A DNA stretch of 64,000 bases from contig JBGSRW010000006.1 in NCBI GenBank assembly GCA_041737355.1, forward strand, positions 83,734 through 147,733. The letters are read 5' to 3'. Below are positions 18,956-29,559 of this stretch, piece after piece. The position numbers and the translations under genes were made by a program. Each line of letters opens with the position of its first letter. The stretch's first letter is position 1. The DNA comes from Patescibacteria group bacterium (GTDB taxonomy: Bacteria > Patescibacteriota > Patescibacteriia > XYB2-FULL-38-15). Below the pieces are notes generated by a model that was not told where the DNA came from, ran no database searches, and saw only the letters and a program-made list of their open reading frames with translations.

Positions 18956-19477
18956 TTAATCAATCGCTAAGTCAATTGCCTGCGGTTTTTCTTCGGCGGC
19001 CGGCTTTCCCGCCGAATTGCCGTTCGTGCTCCGCAGGGCCGAAGTTGTCGCCCGCGGACCGGTAACTTTTTTCGGAGTGAGCGCCGAAGTTTTTGCCGTC
19101 GTCTTTAGCGCCGCGGTTGTCGCGTTCTCCGGTTTTCCGGCCGAAGTCGCTTCGCGCTCGCGCGAGTAAAGTCCGACCATCTTTTTTTGCATCGCCTCCC
19201 TTTGTTTTCTCATGTCGGCCATCGTCAGCTTTGGTTTATCCTCGTCGGCAATTTCTTTTTCCGTGCCGCGGATAACTTCGCCGGTTGATTTATGGACAAT
19301 CCCTTCGCTCCGCAGGGCGCCGACCGCTTTCCTGAATTGGTCCTTACTCACCGACTGTTGATGCAGTAAATTCCCCATCCCGGCTTTTTGTAAAGCTTTC
19401 TCAACCTTAAAAGACGGCTTGCCCGAAGCCTGATGCAAAGCGCTTTTAAATTGTCCCGAAGTAAATCGTAAAGCCAT
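18956..19477 (-). CDS. Hypothetical protein with a low-complexity Ala/Thr/Lys-rich C-terminus
   Basis: Trimmed to ATG at 19477 (MALRFTSGQFKSALHQ...), 11 nt after the kinase-like gene stop; 173 aa; no recognizable domain. Confidence 0.45.
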   Translation of the reverse strand: MALRFTSGQFKSALHQASGKPSFKVEKALQKAGMGNLLHQQSVSKDQFRKAVGALRSEGIVHKSTGEVIRGTEKEIADEDKPKLTMADMRKQREAMQKKMVGLYSREREATSAGKPENATTAALKTTAKTSALTPKKVTGPRATTSALRSTNGNSAGKPAAEEKPQAIDLAID

Positions 19478-19487
19478 AAAAAATATT

Positions 19488-20624
19488 TTAAGCCGCTTTT
19501 TCTTTTGCTTCTTCCGGAAAAAGATAAACCCCGTTGAAGGCCGCTTCAATCTCCCGGCGCGCCTCTTTCTCGTCGTAATTATCCGGCAATTTCTGCGTGG
19601 TGATCATTTCCTCAACTCTGGCCGTAAAATGCTGCCAAATAACTTCCGCGTCTTCGCCCAAAACATTAAAGCATTCGCGGAGAGCTGTTTTGGTTTTGTT
19701 GGATTGCAAAAAATCCTGTAATTTTTTCCCTATTTCCGGAGACAGCGTCGGGTCAAAAGCCTGATCCCCGAGCTTTTCCTTGTTGAACAGTTCCAGCGGC
19801 TCGGACCGCACGGCCAAAGTCGGAAATCTGTCTTTAATTCCAAAGGTGTCGTAAGTCAAACCGCGGCCGAAACTCAAACCGTTATCAATCGCGTGAGCCT
19901 TGCCGGCTTTGTCAACCATAAAATTTCCGCCATGCCGATCCTGACTCCCAATCAGGTAATCGAACAGGGCGATTTTTTGCGCTTCTTCTTCGCTAAGCCC
20001 GGCCTCCGGCCCTCCTTCGTCGTAAGTTTTGGCGTCCGGGATCCAAGCTTGGAACGAACCAACCCCCTGCTCGCCTTTTCGGACAACCGTCGGCGGGGTC
20101 ACATCCAGCCCCAAAGCCCGGTCGGCCATAAATGCCAGCCATTCTCTTTTAAAACTGCTCTTTGGCTCAATCCCCGGCCGCGGACTCAATTCTCCCTTTT
20201 CTCCCAAAACCACTTCCCCGTCAGCCGGCTTAAAAATTCCTTTTCTTTCCCCTTTTTCACCCAGACGCAAAATATATGATGCATTAATACCTTTGTGTTC
20301 GTCGCCCAACGCTTCAATCGGTTTACACGGCGGTTCGCAAGGTTTTGCTTCTTTCAATTCTTGAAGTTTATCCAGCTCTTCGGCAACCTGTTCCGCCGTC
20401 TCCGGCCCGCCCTCCATAATTTTCGCGCCGTAAAGAGCGCTCGTCAGCTGATCCATCCTTGAGAGAAGTCTGTCTTCTTCAATTCTTTTTTCCCGCTCCT
20501 TGGTTTCAGCTTCCTGCTTCCCGATATCCGAAACTTCCGGTTTTTTCTCCGGCACTTCCTTCCCTTCCGGCATTTTCATTTCTTCTATAAAAGCTTCAGG
20601 ATAGCTTGATTCTCTGTCAGCCAT
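19488..20624 (-). CDS. PI3/PI4-kinase-like atypical protein/lipid kinase domain protein
   Basis: 378 aa. An acidic coiled-coil N-terminus, then GIFKPADGE (beta3 Lys region), catalytic loop DRHGGNFMV (PI3/4K DRHxxN) and an IDNGLSF DFG-like activation segment. Confidence 0.55.
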   Translation of the reverse strand: MADRESSYPEAFIEEMKMPEGKEVPEKKPEVSDIGKQEAETKEREKRIEEDRLLSRMDQLTSALYGAKIMEGGPETAEQVAEELDKLQELKEAKPCEPPCKPIEALGDEHKGINASYILRLGEKGERKGIFKPADGEVVLGEKGELSPRPGIEPKSSFKREWLAFMADRALGLDVTPPTVVRKGEQGVGSFQAWIPDAKTYDEGGPEAGLSEEEAQKIALFDYLIGSQDRHGGNFMVDKAGKAHAIDNGLSFGRGLTYDTFGIKDRFPTLAVRSEPLELFNKEKLGDQAFDPTLSPEIGKKLQDFLQSNKTKTALRECFNVLGEDAEVIWQHFTARVEEMITTQKLPDNYDEKEARREIEAAFNGVYLFPEEAKEKAA

Positions 20625-20629
20625 ATGAT

Positions 20630-20965
20630 TTATTCTTTATTTTTTTCGCGGGCGTAGCAATAAGGCGTCCGGAAATTCAAACGAAGAGCCTCAAAAAATT
20701 TCTGCCCGTCTTTTGGAAAAACCGTTTTGTTGTCGAGCCCGGTAATCCCCTCTTCGGAAATTTTCTTCGCCAAAATTTTCCCATCCTCCGCGGTTTCAAC
20801 TATTACCACCCCGCCCCGTAATTCGCAGCGGACCAAAACCTTGAATCCTTCTTCGTCTGAAACAAAACGCCCGATCTCAATTGCCTTGGGTTCGTTTTCC
20901 TTCCCTTCTTCCGGCATTTCCGCGCCGCCGTGGGGAAATTCTATGATTTTTCCTGATTCTCCCAT
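20630..20965 (-). CDS. Hypothetical small acidic protein, first gene of the kinase-like operon
   Basis: 111 aa; stop 5 nt before the kinase-like start; no recognizable domain. Confidence 0.45.
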   Translation of the reverse strand: MGESGKIIEFPHGGAEMPEEGKENEPKAIEIGRFVSDEEGFKVLVRCELRGGVVIVETAEDGKILAKKISEEGITGLDNKTVFPKDGQKFFEALRLNFRTPYCYAREKNKE

Positions 20966-21146
20966 ATATTTTTATATATTAAACAGGCCTCCTTCCCCCA
21001 ATTTTACCTCCTCTTGCCAAAAATTTCAAGATGGGGTAAGATTGATTTTGCCCTTCGTCTTCGAAAGAAAATGGAGGGATATCTTAAAAAAGAAAGGAGT
21101 CTGGAATTGCCGCCTAAAACGGAGGCCATTCCGCTAATTATTAACT

Positions 21147-22370
21147 ATGGATCTAACTAATCTAACCGAAAACAAAAACAAAGACGAAAAACAGACGATG
21201 GAATCCCTGCTTGCCGATGCGACTTTTTTGAAAATTCCGAAAGTCGGCGATGTTATTAAGGGAAAAGTTTTGACCGCGAGCAAAAATGAGGTTCATCTCG
21301 ATGTTGAGGGTTTTAAAACCGGAGTTGTCCGGGGCCGCGAGCTCTGCGACGAGTCAAGCGATTATTCTGATCTGAAACCGGGCGACGAAATCGAGGCGAC
21401 TGTCATGGAACTGGAAAACGAAAAAGGCGAAGTTGAACTTTCCTTCCGTTTTGCCGGCCATAAAAAGGTCTGGGACAAGCTCTCAGAAATGCAGAAAGTC
21501 GGAGAAATTATTATTGCCACGGTTGTTGACGCGAACAAAGGCGGCCTGATGATGAACGTGAATAAAATTATCGGATTTCTGCCTGTCTCGCAATTGGCGC
21601 CCGAACATTATCCGCGCGTTCCCGGCGGCGAGAAAACCAAAATTTTGGAAAAATTAAAAACATACGTCGGCATACAGATGGAAGTTAAAATCATCGATGT
21701 CGGCGAACAGGACGACAAACTGATCGTTTCGGAAAAAGCGGCCTGGGAAGAAAAGCAGAAAAATATTATTTCCGCCTACAAAGTCGGGGATATTGTTGAG
21801 GGAACTGTTTCCGCCCTGGCCGATTTCGGGATTTTCGTGAAATTCGACAATCTTGAAGGTCTGGTCCATATTTCCGAACTCGCCTGGCAGAGAATCGACC
21901 ATCCCCAAGATGTCGTCAAAGCCGGAGAGAAGATAAAAGCGGAAATCATCGGAGTTGAGGGTTCGAAGATTTTCCTCTCCATGAAAAAACTGATTGAAGA
22001 TCCCTGGAAAAAAATCAACGATAAATACAATATCGGACAAATTGTCGAAGGCAAGGTTTTGAAAATCAATCCTTTCGGCCTCTTCGTAGAACTTGATCCG
22101 GAAATCCACGGCCTGGCCCACATTTCCGAACTCTCCAGCAAACAAATCCAGTCCCCGACCGAAGTTGCCAATATCGGCGACACCTTGAAATTCAAAATCA
22201 TTTCCATCGAACCGGTTGACCACAGATTAGGTTTAAGTTTGAAAGGGGCCAAGGAAAAATCTCCGGAAAAAACCGAGGAAAAACCGTCCGAGGAAAAAAC
22301 CGAAGCGCCGAAAGAGGAAGTAAAAGAAGAAAAAGCTGAAGAGAAAAAAGAAGAAGCAAAAAAAGAGTAA
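21147..22370 (+). CDS. rpsA: 30S ribosomal protein S1 (four S1 repeats, Lys/Glu-rich tail)
   Basis: 407 aa with repeated S1 OB-fold motifs (GDVIKGKV, GDIVEGTV, GQIVEGKV) and a C-terminal EEKKEEAKKE tail. Confidence 0.9.
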   Translation: MDLTNLTENKNKDEKQTMESLLADATFLKIPKVGDVIKGKVLTASKNEVHLDVEGFKTGVVRGRELCDESSDYSDLKPGDEIEATVMELENEKGEVELSFRFAGHKKVWDKLSEMQKVGEIIIATVVDANKGGLMMNVNKIIGFLPVSQLAPEHYPRVPGGEKTKILEKLKTYVGIQMEVKIIDVGEQDDKLIVSEKAAWEEKQKNIISAYKVGDIVEGTVSALADFGIFVKFDNLEGLVHISELAWQRIDHPQDVVKAGEKIKAEIIGVEGSKIFLSMKKLIEDPWKKINDKYNIGQIVEGKVLKINPFGLFVELDPEIHGLAHISELSSKQIQSPTEVANIGDTLKFKIISIEPVDHRLGLSLKGAKEKSPEKTEEKPSEEKTEAPKEEVKEEKAEEKKEEAKKE

Positions 22371-22385
22371 GCAGCATCAAATACA

Positions 22386-22410
22386 AAAACGGGCTTGCGC
22401 CCGTTTTTGG
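22386..22410 (+). terminator. Rho-independent terminator after rpsA
   Basis: AACGGGC-ttgc-GCCCGTT followed by TTTTGG. Confidence 0.8.
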
Positions 22411-22518
22411 TTTTAAAAATACAACCCCATTAGAAGCCCAACCTAACCCGTTTGTCATTAATTATAAGTTATGATATATTTTATCTAACAAATACAAATT
22501 AAATTTCTACTGCCCGGT

Positions 22519-24333
22519 ATGAAAAATCTCACAAAAAATTTTATTATCTTTTTACTCATCTTCCTCGTCGTCTCGGCGCTTTTTGGCATGTTTAATCTTT
22601 CCGCGGAAAAGGTGGAAACCATAACTCTGCAAAAATTCACCGAACAGGTTGAGGCCGAAGCGATAAAAAAAATCACGGTTGAGGGCGACAAGCTTTCCAT
22701 TACCCTGAACGACGGAACACTTGAGAGCCTGAAGAAAGAACCGGCGGAAACTTTGGGCGAATTGCTAAAAAACTACAACGCCTCTCCGGAAAAAATTAAA
22801 AAAATAGATATTGAAGTCAAGGAAGATACCGGCTGGAGTTTCTGGCTGAATACTTTACTGCCGTTTTTGATTCCTTTCGTTCTGGTCGTTGTCGTAATTT
22901 ATTTTATGATGCGCCAGGTCCAGGGAGCGAACAGCCGGGCAATGATGTTCGGACAGTCGGGTGCCCGCGAAGCGCCAAAAAACGCCAAACATAAAATTAC
23001 TTTCAAAGATGTTGCCGGAGTCAAAGAAGCCAAAGAAGAACTTTGGGAAGTGGTTGAATTTTTGAAAAGCCCGAAAAAATTTACGACCCTCGGGGCGAAA
23101 ATCCCCAAAGGCGTATTGCTGATGGGCTCTCCGGGCACCGGTAAGACACTTTTGGCCAAAGCGGTGGCCGGCGAAGCCAATGTTCCCTTCTTTTCCATTT
23201 CCGGTTCGGAATTCGTGGAAATGTTTGTCGGGGTCGGGGCGGCCCGCGTCCGCGATCTTTTCCAGAAAGCAAAAAAGAGCGCTCCCTGCATAATTTTTGT
23301 CGATGAATTGGACGCCGTCGGCCGCCAGCGCGGAACGGGCTTGGGCGGATCCCACGACGAGCGCGAACAAACTTTAAACCAAATTTTGGTTGAGATGGAC
23401 GGCTTTGATCCGAACTCCGGAGTAATAGTTTTGGCGGCAACCAACCGGCCCGATGTTTTGGATCCTGCGTTGCTTCGCCCCGGACGCTTTGACCGGCGGG
23501 TAATTTTGGACGAGCCTGACATGCGCGACCGCGAGGCGATTTTGAAAATTCATTCAAAGGGAAAACCGTTAGCCGAAGGCGTTGATTTGAAAAAAATTGC
23601 CGAACGGACCCCGGGTTTTTCCGGCGCCGATTTAGCCAATCTCCTGAACGAAGCGGCGATCTTTACCGCCCGGCGCAACAAACAAAAAATCGGGATGGAA
23701 GAAATCCGCGAATCGGTGGAAAAAGTTCTCTTGGGCCCCGAACGGAAAAGCCATATCCTTTCCGACCACGAGAAAAAAATTACCGCCTACCACGAAGCGG
23801 CCCATGCCCTGGTTTCCCATGAACTGCCGCACGCCGATCCGGTCCATAAAGTTTCCATCGTCTCCCGCGGCCGGGCTGCCGGATATACTCTGAAATTACC
23901 GACCGAAGACAAATATCTCCACACTAAGTCGGAATTCATCGACGATCTGGCCGTATTTCTTGCCGGGCATACCGCGGAAAAAGAAATTTTCGGCGAAGTA
24001 ACGACTGGCGCCTCAAACGATCTCCGCCAGGCGACCGGCTTGGCCAAAAGACTGATTACCGAATTCGGGATGAGTGAAAAACTTGGTGCCCGGACTTTCG
24101 GCGAAAAAGAAGAAATGATTTTCTTGGGTAAGGAAATCCACGGACAGCGCGACTATAGCGAAAAAGTCGCCGAAATTATCGATCAGGAAGTAAGCCGCCT
24201 GATTGCCGAAGGGGCCAAGACCGCCCTTGATATTATCCGGCATAAAAAAGACAAAATGGAAGAAATCGTAAAAATGCTTTTGGAAAAAGAAACCATCGAG
24301 AAAGAAGAATTCGATTCGTTATTTACAAAATAA
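22519..24333 (+). CDS. ftsH: ATP-dependent zinc metalloprotease FtsH
   Basis: 604 aa with two TMs, AAA Walker [18 protein letters not shown], an SRH region and the zinc motif HEAAHAL. Confidence 0.95.
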   Translation: MKNLTKNFIIFLLIFLVVSALFGMFNLSAEKVETITLQKFTEQVEAEAIKKITVEGDKLSITLNDGTLESLKKEPAETLGELLKNYNASPEKIKKIDIEVKEDTGWSFWLNTLLPFLIPFVLVVVVIYFMMRQVQGANSRAMMFGQSGAREAPKNAKHKITFKDVAGVKEAKEELWEVVEFLKSPKKFTTLGAKIPKGVLLMGSPGTGKTLLAKAVAGEANVPFFSISGSEFVEMFVGVGAARVRDLFQKAKKSAPCIIFVDELDAVGRQRGTGLGGSHDEREQTLNQILVEMDGFDPNSGVIVLAATNRPDVLDPALLRPGRFDRRVILDEPDMRDREAILKIHSKGKPLAEGVDLKKIAERTPGFSGADLANLLNEAAIFTARRNKQKIGMEEIRESVEKVLLGPERKSHILSDHEKKITAYHEAAHALVSHELPHADPVHKVSIVSRGRAAGYTLKLPTEDKYLHTKSEFIDDLAVFLAGHTAEKEIFGEVTTGASNDLRQATGLAKRLITEFGMSEKLGARTFGEKEEMIFLGKEIHGQRDYSEKVAEIIDQEVSRLIAEGAKTALDIIRHKKDKMEEIVKMLLEKETIEKEEFDSLFTK

Positions 24334-24370
24334 CATAAACTCCGCTTCGGCGGAGACATAAGGGGGAAAT

Positions 24371-25375
24371 ATGTTAAAAAAACACGGGCCGTTTTACCGG
24401 CCAATGTTGAAAAAGGCTTGGGAAATAACCAGCAAAAATCGGTTTCTCTGGGTCTTCGGACTTTTTGCCGCGCTGGCCGGCAACGGAGGTATTTATGAAA
24501 TTTTAGTAAAAGGATTCAACCGCGTCGTCTCGCAGGGAGAAATCCTGTCTCCGCTTTCGGGCGGAATATACGGCTGGGGAATGTTTGCCCTCCCCCGCCT
24601 CGAGGATATCTACGCGGCCTCTCCTCTTTTTGTAAATTTTTTCTGGCTGATTGTTTTTATCGCCATGATCGCGCTCGGCATTCTGATCTGCCTTAACATC
24701 GTCGGGAGAGGCGCCCTGATAAGCTCCGTCAAAAAAATAACCGGCCGGCGGAAAACAAATCTGAAAGACGGCTGGGAGACGGGGAAAAAATATTTTTGGC
24801 CGGTTCTTGGCCTGAACGCCCTGGCCAAAGCCGCGATATTCAGCCTCTTGGTTTTAATCACCGTCCCGGTAATGTTTTTTATCACCGGAGGAAGCGGCGG
24901 TTTCGGATGGAATATCCTCCTCTATATCGGCTCGTTCGTTGTTTTCACCCTGCTCGCCCTCTTTGTTTCCTTTATGGCAATTTACGCTTCGTGTTTCGCC
25001 GTACTTGAAAATCTTCCCTTTGTCGAAGCAATCCGCGCCAGCTGGAATTTGTTTATAAAAAACTGGCTTGTCTCGCTCGAGATGTCTTTGATTCTTTTCG
25101 GAACGGTAATCCTGGCCGGTCTTGCCCTGATTCTCTTCTCCGTCTTTTATCTGATCCCTGTTTCCCTCCTTCTTCTCGCTTTCGCCTATCTCCAGCTCGA
25201 GGTCGGCTTCTGGATTATTATCTTTCTGGCTTTTCTCGGATGGCTTGTCCTTGTCGGGTTCCTCGGTTCGGTTCTTTCCGCTTTCCAATTTTCCGCCTGG
25301 ACCCTGCTTTTCTCCGAAATAAATAAAAAAAGAATTTGGAGCAAACTTTTAAGATTTGTCGGGATAACAAGATAA
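24371..25375 (+). CDS. Polytopic integral membrane protein, unknown function
   Basis: 334 aa with about 7-8 hydrophobic helices; RBS AAGGGGGAAAT; immediately upstream of the second GspE ATPase. Confidence 0.55.
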   Translation: MLKKHGPFYRPMLKKAWEITSKNRFLWVFGLFAALAGNGGIYEILVKGFNRVVSQGEILSPLSGGIYGWGMFALPRLEDIYAASPLFVNFFWLIVFIAMIALGILICLNIVGRGALISSVKKITGRRKTNLKDGWETGKKYFWPVLGLNALAKAAIFSLLVLITVPVMFFITGGSGGFGWNILLYIGSFVVFTLLALFVSFMAIYASCFAVLENLPFVEAIRASWNLFIKNWLVSLEMSLILFGTVILAGLALILFSVFYLIPVSLLLLAFAYLQLEVGFWIIIFLAFLGWLVLVGFLGSVLSAFQFSAWTLLFSEINKKRIWSKLLRFVGITR

Positions 25376-25393
25376 AAAAATAAATTTAGGCGT

Positions 25394-27121
25394 ATGGCCA
25401 ACCAATCGATTGAAGATCTCCTCAAGGGCTACACCAACAATAAATCTTCTTCGCCTGAAATCGCCTCCGAAGGTACCAAGGAAAAATTCGAGGAAAAAAT
25501 GGAGACGATCGCCTTGAAAGAAAAAGAAAAAATAGCCGCCGGCAGGGCGGCGGATATTGGTTTTCCCTATATCAATCTCAAGGGTTTTCCGATCAGTCCG
25601 GAAACCCTGACTTCAATCCCCAAAGAAATTTCCGAAACGCTCAAGGTCATTTGTTTTCTGAATACCGGAACGGAAATAAGAATCGGAGCGGTTGACCCGG
25701 CTCAGGATCAAATTAAGGAAATGCTTTTAAGCCTGGAAGATAAATTCCATTCCCACGGAGTTCTCTATCTTATCTCTGAAAATAGTTTCAGCTCGGCTTT
25801 CAAGCTTTACGCTTCCCTGCCGACCATAAAAAAAATAGTGAGCGGCGTGGAAATTACCGAAAAGGATCTGACAAAATATTCCGAGGAAATAAAAAATTTC
25901 AAACAGCTGAACGAGAAAATCCAGAAAGCCAACATCACCGACATTGTTACCATGGTTATTGCCGCCTCGATTACCGGCCGCTCCTCCGATATCCATATTG
26001 AGGCCGAAGAAAAAGATATCAAAATAAGGTTCAGGATCGACGGCATTCTCCAAGATGCCGCTTCGTTGCCAAAAGATCTCTGGTCAAAAGTTATTTCCCG
26101 TATCAAACTTATTTCCGGCCTGAAAATAAATGTCACCAATATCCCCCAGGACGGCCGTTTCACTATTTTCGTGAAAAGCGGAAAAATCGACGTCCGCGTT
26201 TCCTGTCTGCCGACCTCTTACGGCGAATCGGTAGTTATGCGCTTGCTCATGCCTTCCGCCGCCGGGCTTGGTTTCGACGGACTTGGTCTCTGGGAACCGG
26301 CTTATTCGCAACTTAAAGTCCAAACCGAACGGCCGAACGGAATGATTATCACGACCGGCCCGACCGGTTCAGGTAAAACCACGACACTTTATTCCATTTT
26401 AAACAAACTTAACGAACCGGGCGTAAAAATTATTACTCTTGAAGACCCGGTCGAGTACAAATTGGCCGGCATCAACCAAAGCCAGGTTGATTATTCCCGC
26501 GACTATACTTTTGCCAAAGGCCTGCGCTCGATTCTGCGCCAAGATCCCGATGTCGTCATGGTCGGCGAAATCCGCGATCTGGAAACGGCCGATATTGCCA
26601 TCCAGGCGGCCTTAACCGGACATTTGGTTATTTCGACCATTCATACGAACAGTGCCTCGGGCGCGATTCCCCGCTTTATGTCCATGGGTGTAAAACCGTT
26701 TTTGCTTGCCCCGGCCCTGAACGCCGTAATCGGCCAACGCTTGGTCCGCCGGATTTGCGAAGAATGCAAGGTCGAAGACAAAATGGATGCGGAAACCACG
26801 GAACGGGTTAAAAAAATTCTTGACGAACTGCCTCCCGCGGTCAAGGAAAAATACCAAAAAGATCTGGCCAATCTGAAATTTCATAAAGGCGCCGGCTGCG
26901 AGGCCTGCAATGGGATAGGCTACAAAGGCCGGCTCGGCATTTACGAAGTAATGGCTATGAACGCCGACATTGAAAAAATAATCTTATCCGAGCAGGTTTC
27001 CGAATATCAAATGCAGGATATCGCCACCAAGGCCGGGATGGTAACCATGGTTCAGGACGGATTATTAAAAGCCCTCTCCGGCGTCACCTCCGTTTCCGAA
27101 GTCTTCTCCGCGGCGGAATAA
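25394..27121 (+). CDS. Second GspE/PilB-family secretion ATPase
   Basis: 575 aa with an N-terminal GSPII_E_N-like domain, Walker A GPTGSGKTTT, VVMVGEIRD and CEECK...CEACNG tetracysteine. Confidence 0.85.
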   Translation: MANQSIEDLLKGYTNNKSSSPEIASEGTKEKFEEKMETIALKEKEKIAAGRAADIGFPYINLKGFPISPETLTSIPKEISETLKVICFLNTGTEIRIGAVDPAQDQIKEMLLSLEDKFHSHGVLYLISENSFSSAFKLYASLPTIKKIVSGVEITEKDLTKYSEEIKNFKQLNEKIQKANITDIVTMVIAASITGRSSDIHIEAEEKDIKIRFRIDGILQDAASLPKDLWSKVISRIKLISGLKINVTNIPQDGRFTIFVKSGKIDVRVSCLPTSYGESVVMRLLMPSAAGLGFDGLGLWEPAYSQLKVQTERPNGMIITTGPTGSGKTTTLYSILNKLNEPGVKIITLEDPVEYKLAGINQSQVDYSRDYTFAKGLRSILRQDPDVVMVGEIRDLETADIAIQAALTGHLVISTIHTNSASGAIPRFMSMGVKPFLLAPALNAVIGQRLVRRICEECKVEDKMDAETTERVKKILDELPPAVKEKYQKDLANLKFHKGAGCEACNGIGYKGRLGIYEVMAMNADIEKIILSEQVSEYQMQDIATKAGMVTMVQDGLLKALSGVTSVSEVFSAAE

Positions 27122-27184
27122 ATATTTGCTTTTTAAAAAAATAAAAGACAGCCGTATAGGCTGCTCTTTTTTATTAAAATAAAT

Positions 27185-27625
27185 TTAAATGCTGGAAATT
27201 TCTGCCGTCCTCTCTTCTTCTTTTTCTCCCAACTCCATTTTTATTTTTATTACCTTTCTCCCGCTATAAAGTTCCGGAACTTTATCCGCCCATTCTATAA
27301 CCGTTACCGTATCCGCCCGGCCGAGCCAGTCGAGCAAGCCAATATCCTCCAGCTCCCCCGCTCCACTTAACCGGTATGCGTCAACATGAACCAGATTTCG
27401 TATCTTATGTTTTGTACCTGATATTTTGTATATTTTCATCAATAAAAACGTCGGGCTTTGGACCCGGTTTTTTATTCCAAGCCCGCGCGCCAGACCTTTC
27501 GTAAAAACCGTTTTCCCGGCGCCAAGTTCTCCGATAAGGGCAATCGCTTCTCCACCGCGAAGTCCGCTGGAAAATTTTTCCGCAAAGGCCAAGGTTTCTT
27601 TTTCATTTTTAAAAAATTTTTTCAT
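27185..27625 (-). CDS. tsaE: tRNA threonylcarbamoyladenosine biosynthesis ATPase TsaE
   Basis: 146 aa with the P-loop LIGELGAGKTVFTKGLARGLGI, characteristic of YjeE/TsaE. Confidence 0.8.
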   Translation of the reverse strand: MKKFFKNEKETLAFAEKFSSGLRGGEAIALIGELGAGKTVFTKGLARGLGIKNRVQSPTFLLMKIYKISGTKHKIRNLVHVDAYRLSGAGELEDIGLLDWLGRADTVTVIEWADKVPELYSGRKVIKIKMELGEKEEERTAEISSI

Positions 27626-27699
27626 ATATCTTTATATAATCTAACCATAAATCTACAAAAAAATAAAACCCGCCGCGTCCGACGGGTAATCCCTCTTTG

Positions 27700-28494
27700 T
27701 TATTTTCCTCCGTCTTCTTTGGCTAGCCTTTGCAATTTTCTAATGGCCCTCCCCGCAATTTCCTTCACGCCAGACGAACTGAGACCGTAAGCTTGCTTAA
27801 CGGCGCTTATCTCTGGCTGGCCGTAAAACAGACTCCGCAGAACATCTTGCTCTCGAGAAGAAAGCCGGCCGAGCAAGCGCTCAGCCAAATTGACTGTTTC
27901 CCTGCCTGAAAGTTGGGCTGAGGGATCCCACTCTCTTCCTTTTGCGGGAACAGCCGATTCGCTGATTTCCCCTCTTTTCTCTTCGCGCTTGACCGCCAAC
28001 CTCAGAGCTTCTCTCGTCGGAAAATCAAGAAAATCACGTAACCTGTCTTTCTTGATCTCCGTGATTTCTTCCAATTCTTTCTCTGTTGGCTCTCGGTCTT
28101 CTTTCGAGCGGAAAACATCTCTCGCGTGGCAAATTTCCCGATAAAGTCTCGCTGCTCCGGGTGGAACATTGAGCCTGTTTGCCCACGCTTCGAGAATTGC
28201 CAGAGACATTTCTTTCTTTATCCACCAAACGCTGTAGGTGCTGAACCTGGCTCCCCTTGTCCAGTCAAAACGCCTAATGGCTTTGAGTAAGCCGATTTGC
28301 CCCTCCTGAATCAGGTCTTTCACCGAAAGACCTTTACCAAAATACGGCCTAGCCCAAAAATTGACCAGCCCGAGATTGGCTTCGAATATAATCGCCTCAG
28401 CCGCTCTGTCTCCTACCCTGGCTTTCTGGAAAAGACTAACTTGATCCTTTCTGGAAAGCACCTTGCTTTTAAAGATCTTCTTTTCTTCCGCCAC
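27700..28494 (-). CDS. RNA polymerase sigma-70 family factor (compact)
   Basis: 264 aa. Region 2 is FSTYSVWWIKKEMSLAILE; the region 4 HTH is AYGLSSSGVKEIAGRAIRKLQ. Confidence 0.85.
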   Translation of the reverse strand: MAEEKKIFKSKVLSRKDQVSLFQKARVGDRAAEAIIFEANLGLVNFWARPYFGKGLSVKDLIQEGQIGLLKAIRRFDWTRGARFSTYSVWWIKKEMSLAILEAWANRLNVPPGAARLYREICHARDVFRSKEDREPTEKELEEITEIKKDRLRDFLDFPTREALRLAVKREEKRGEISESAVPAKGREWDPSAQLSGRETVNLAERLLGRLSSREQDVLRSLFYGQPEISAVKQAYGLSSSGVKEIAGRAIRKLQRLAKEDGGK

Positions 28495-28530
28495 TTTCCA
28501 CCTCTCTTGATTTATATTATGCCTCGATCT

Positions 28531-29559
28531 TTACAACTCCCAGTTCGGATCAACCCTTAATTTTTGCCATGGGGTGAAATCTTTTTTTATCGCATGAAAA
28601 TATCCGGCCGCGGCTATCATCGCCGCGTTGTCGGTGCAATATTCAAACGGCGGAATGTTCCATCCCACCTCAGGCAATTCTTTTTTCATCACATCGACGA
28701 AGCATTCCCGCAATCTCTTGTTCGCGGATACCCCGCCGGCCAGCATCACGGTTTTTACTTTATATTTTTTGGCCGCCCGGAGAGTTTTCGCGATAAGTAC
28801 GTCAACAATCGCCTCCTGGATTTCATAGGCCATTGCCGGCCTGATTTTTTCTATTTTATATTTATTTTTTAAATCTCGGACGGCATAAAGCACGGCTGTC
28901 TTCAGCCCTGAAAAAGAAAAATCAAAATTTGGCGAATCAATCATCGGCCGCGGCAGTTTATCCATGGAGCATGAACTGCCAACCGAAAACCTCGCCGCCT
29001 CTGTTGCAATCGCCGGACCGCCCGGGTATCCCAATCCCAGAATCTTGGCCGCCTTGTCAAAGCATTCCCCGGCCGCGTCGTCGCGCGTCTCTCCGATTAT
29101 TTTATATTTTCCGTGGCCGCGCATCAAAATCAATGCCGTATGCCCTCCGCTCACCACAAGACAGAGAGCGGGAAATTCTATTTTTTCATCCGTAAGCCAA
29201 TTGGCGTAAATATGCGCCTCAATATGATTAATCCGCACCAACGGTTTTTTGGAGAGATAAGACAAAATCCTCGCCATTTCATTGCCGACCAAAAGCGAGG
29301 TTATAAGACCCGGGCCCGAGGCGATAGCAATGGCATCAATTTCCTTCCAGCTATCTTTTCCGACCGCCTCCTGAAACACCGGCAAAATCGCCTCAAGATG
29401 TTTCCGGGCTGCCACTTCGGGAACGACTCCGCCGTATTTGGCATGAATTTTTATTTGCGAGGAAACAATATTGCTTTTGATATTAAAACTCCGACCGTCG
29501 CCGATAACGACTGCCGCGCTTGTCTCGTCGCAAGATGTTTCGATGCCTAAAATTTTCAT
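28531..29559 (-). CDS. tsaD: tRNA N6-adenosine threonylcarbamoyltransferase TsaD
   Basis: 342 aa starting MKILGIETSCDETSAAVV; Kae1/Gcp family with metal-binding His/Tyr motifs. Confidence 0.9.
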   Translation of the reverse strand: MKILGIETSCDETSAAVVIGDGRSFNIKSNIVSSQIKIHAKYGGVVPEVAARKHLEAILPVFQEAVGKDSWKEIDAIAIASGPGLITSLLVGNEMARILSYLSKKPLVRINHIEAHIYANWLTDEKIEFPALCLVVSGGHTALILMRGHGKYKIIGETRDDAAGECFDKAAKILGLGYPGGPAIATEAARFSVGSSCSMDKLPRPMIDSPNFDFSFSGLKTAVLYAVRDLKNKYKIEKIRPAMAYEIQEAIVDVLIAKTLRAAKKYKVKTVMLAGGVSANKRLRECFVDVMKKELPEVGWNIPPFEYCTDNAAMIAAAGYFHAIKKDFTPWQKLRVDPNWEL

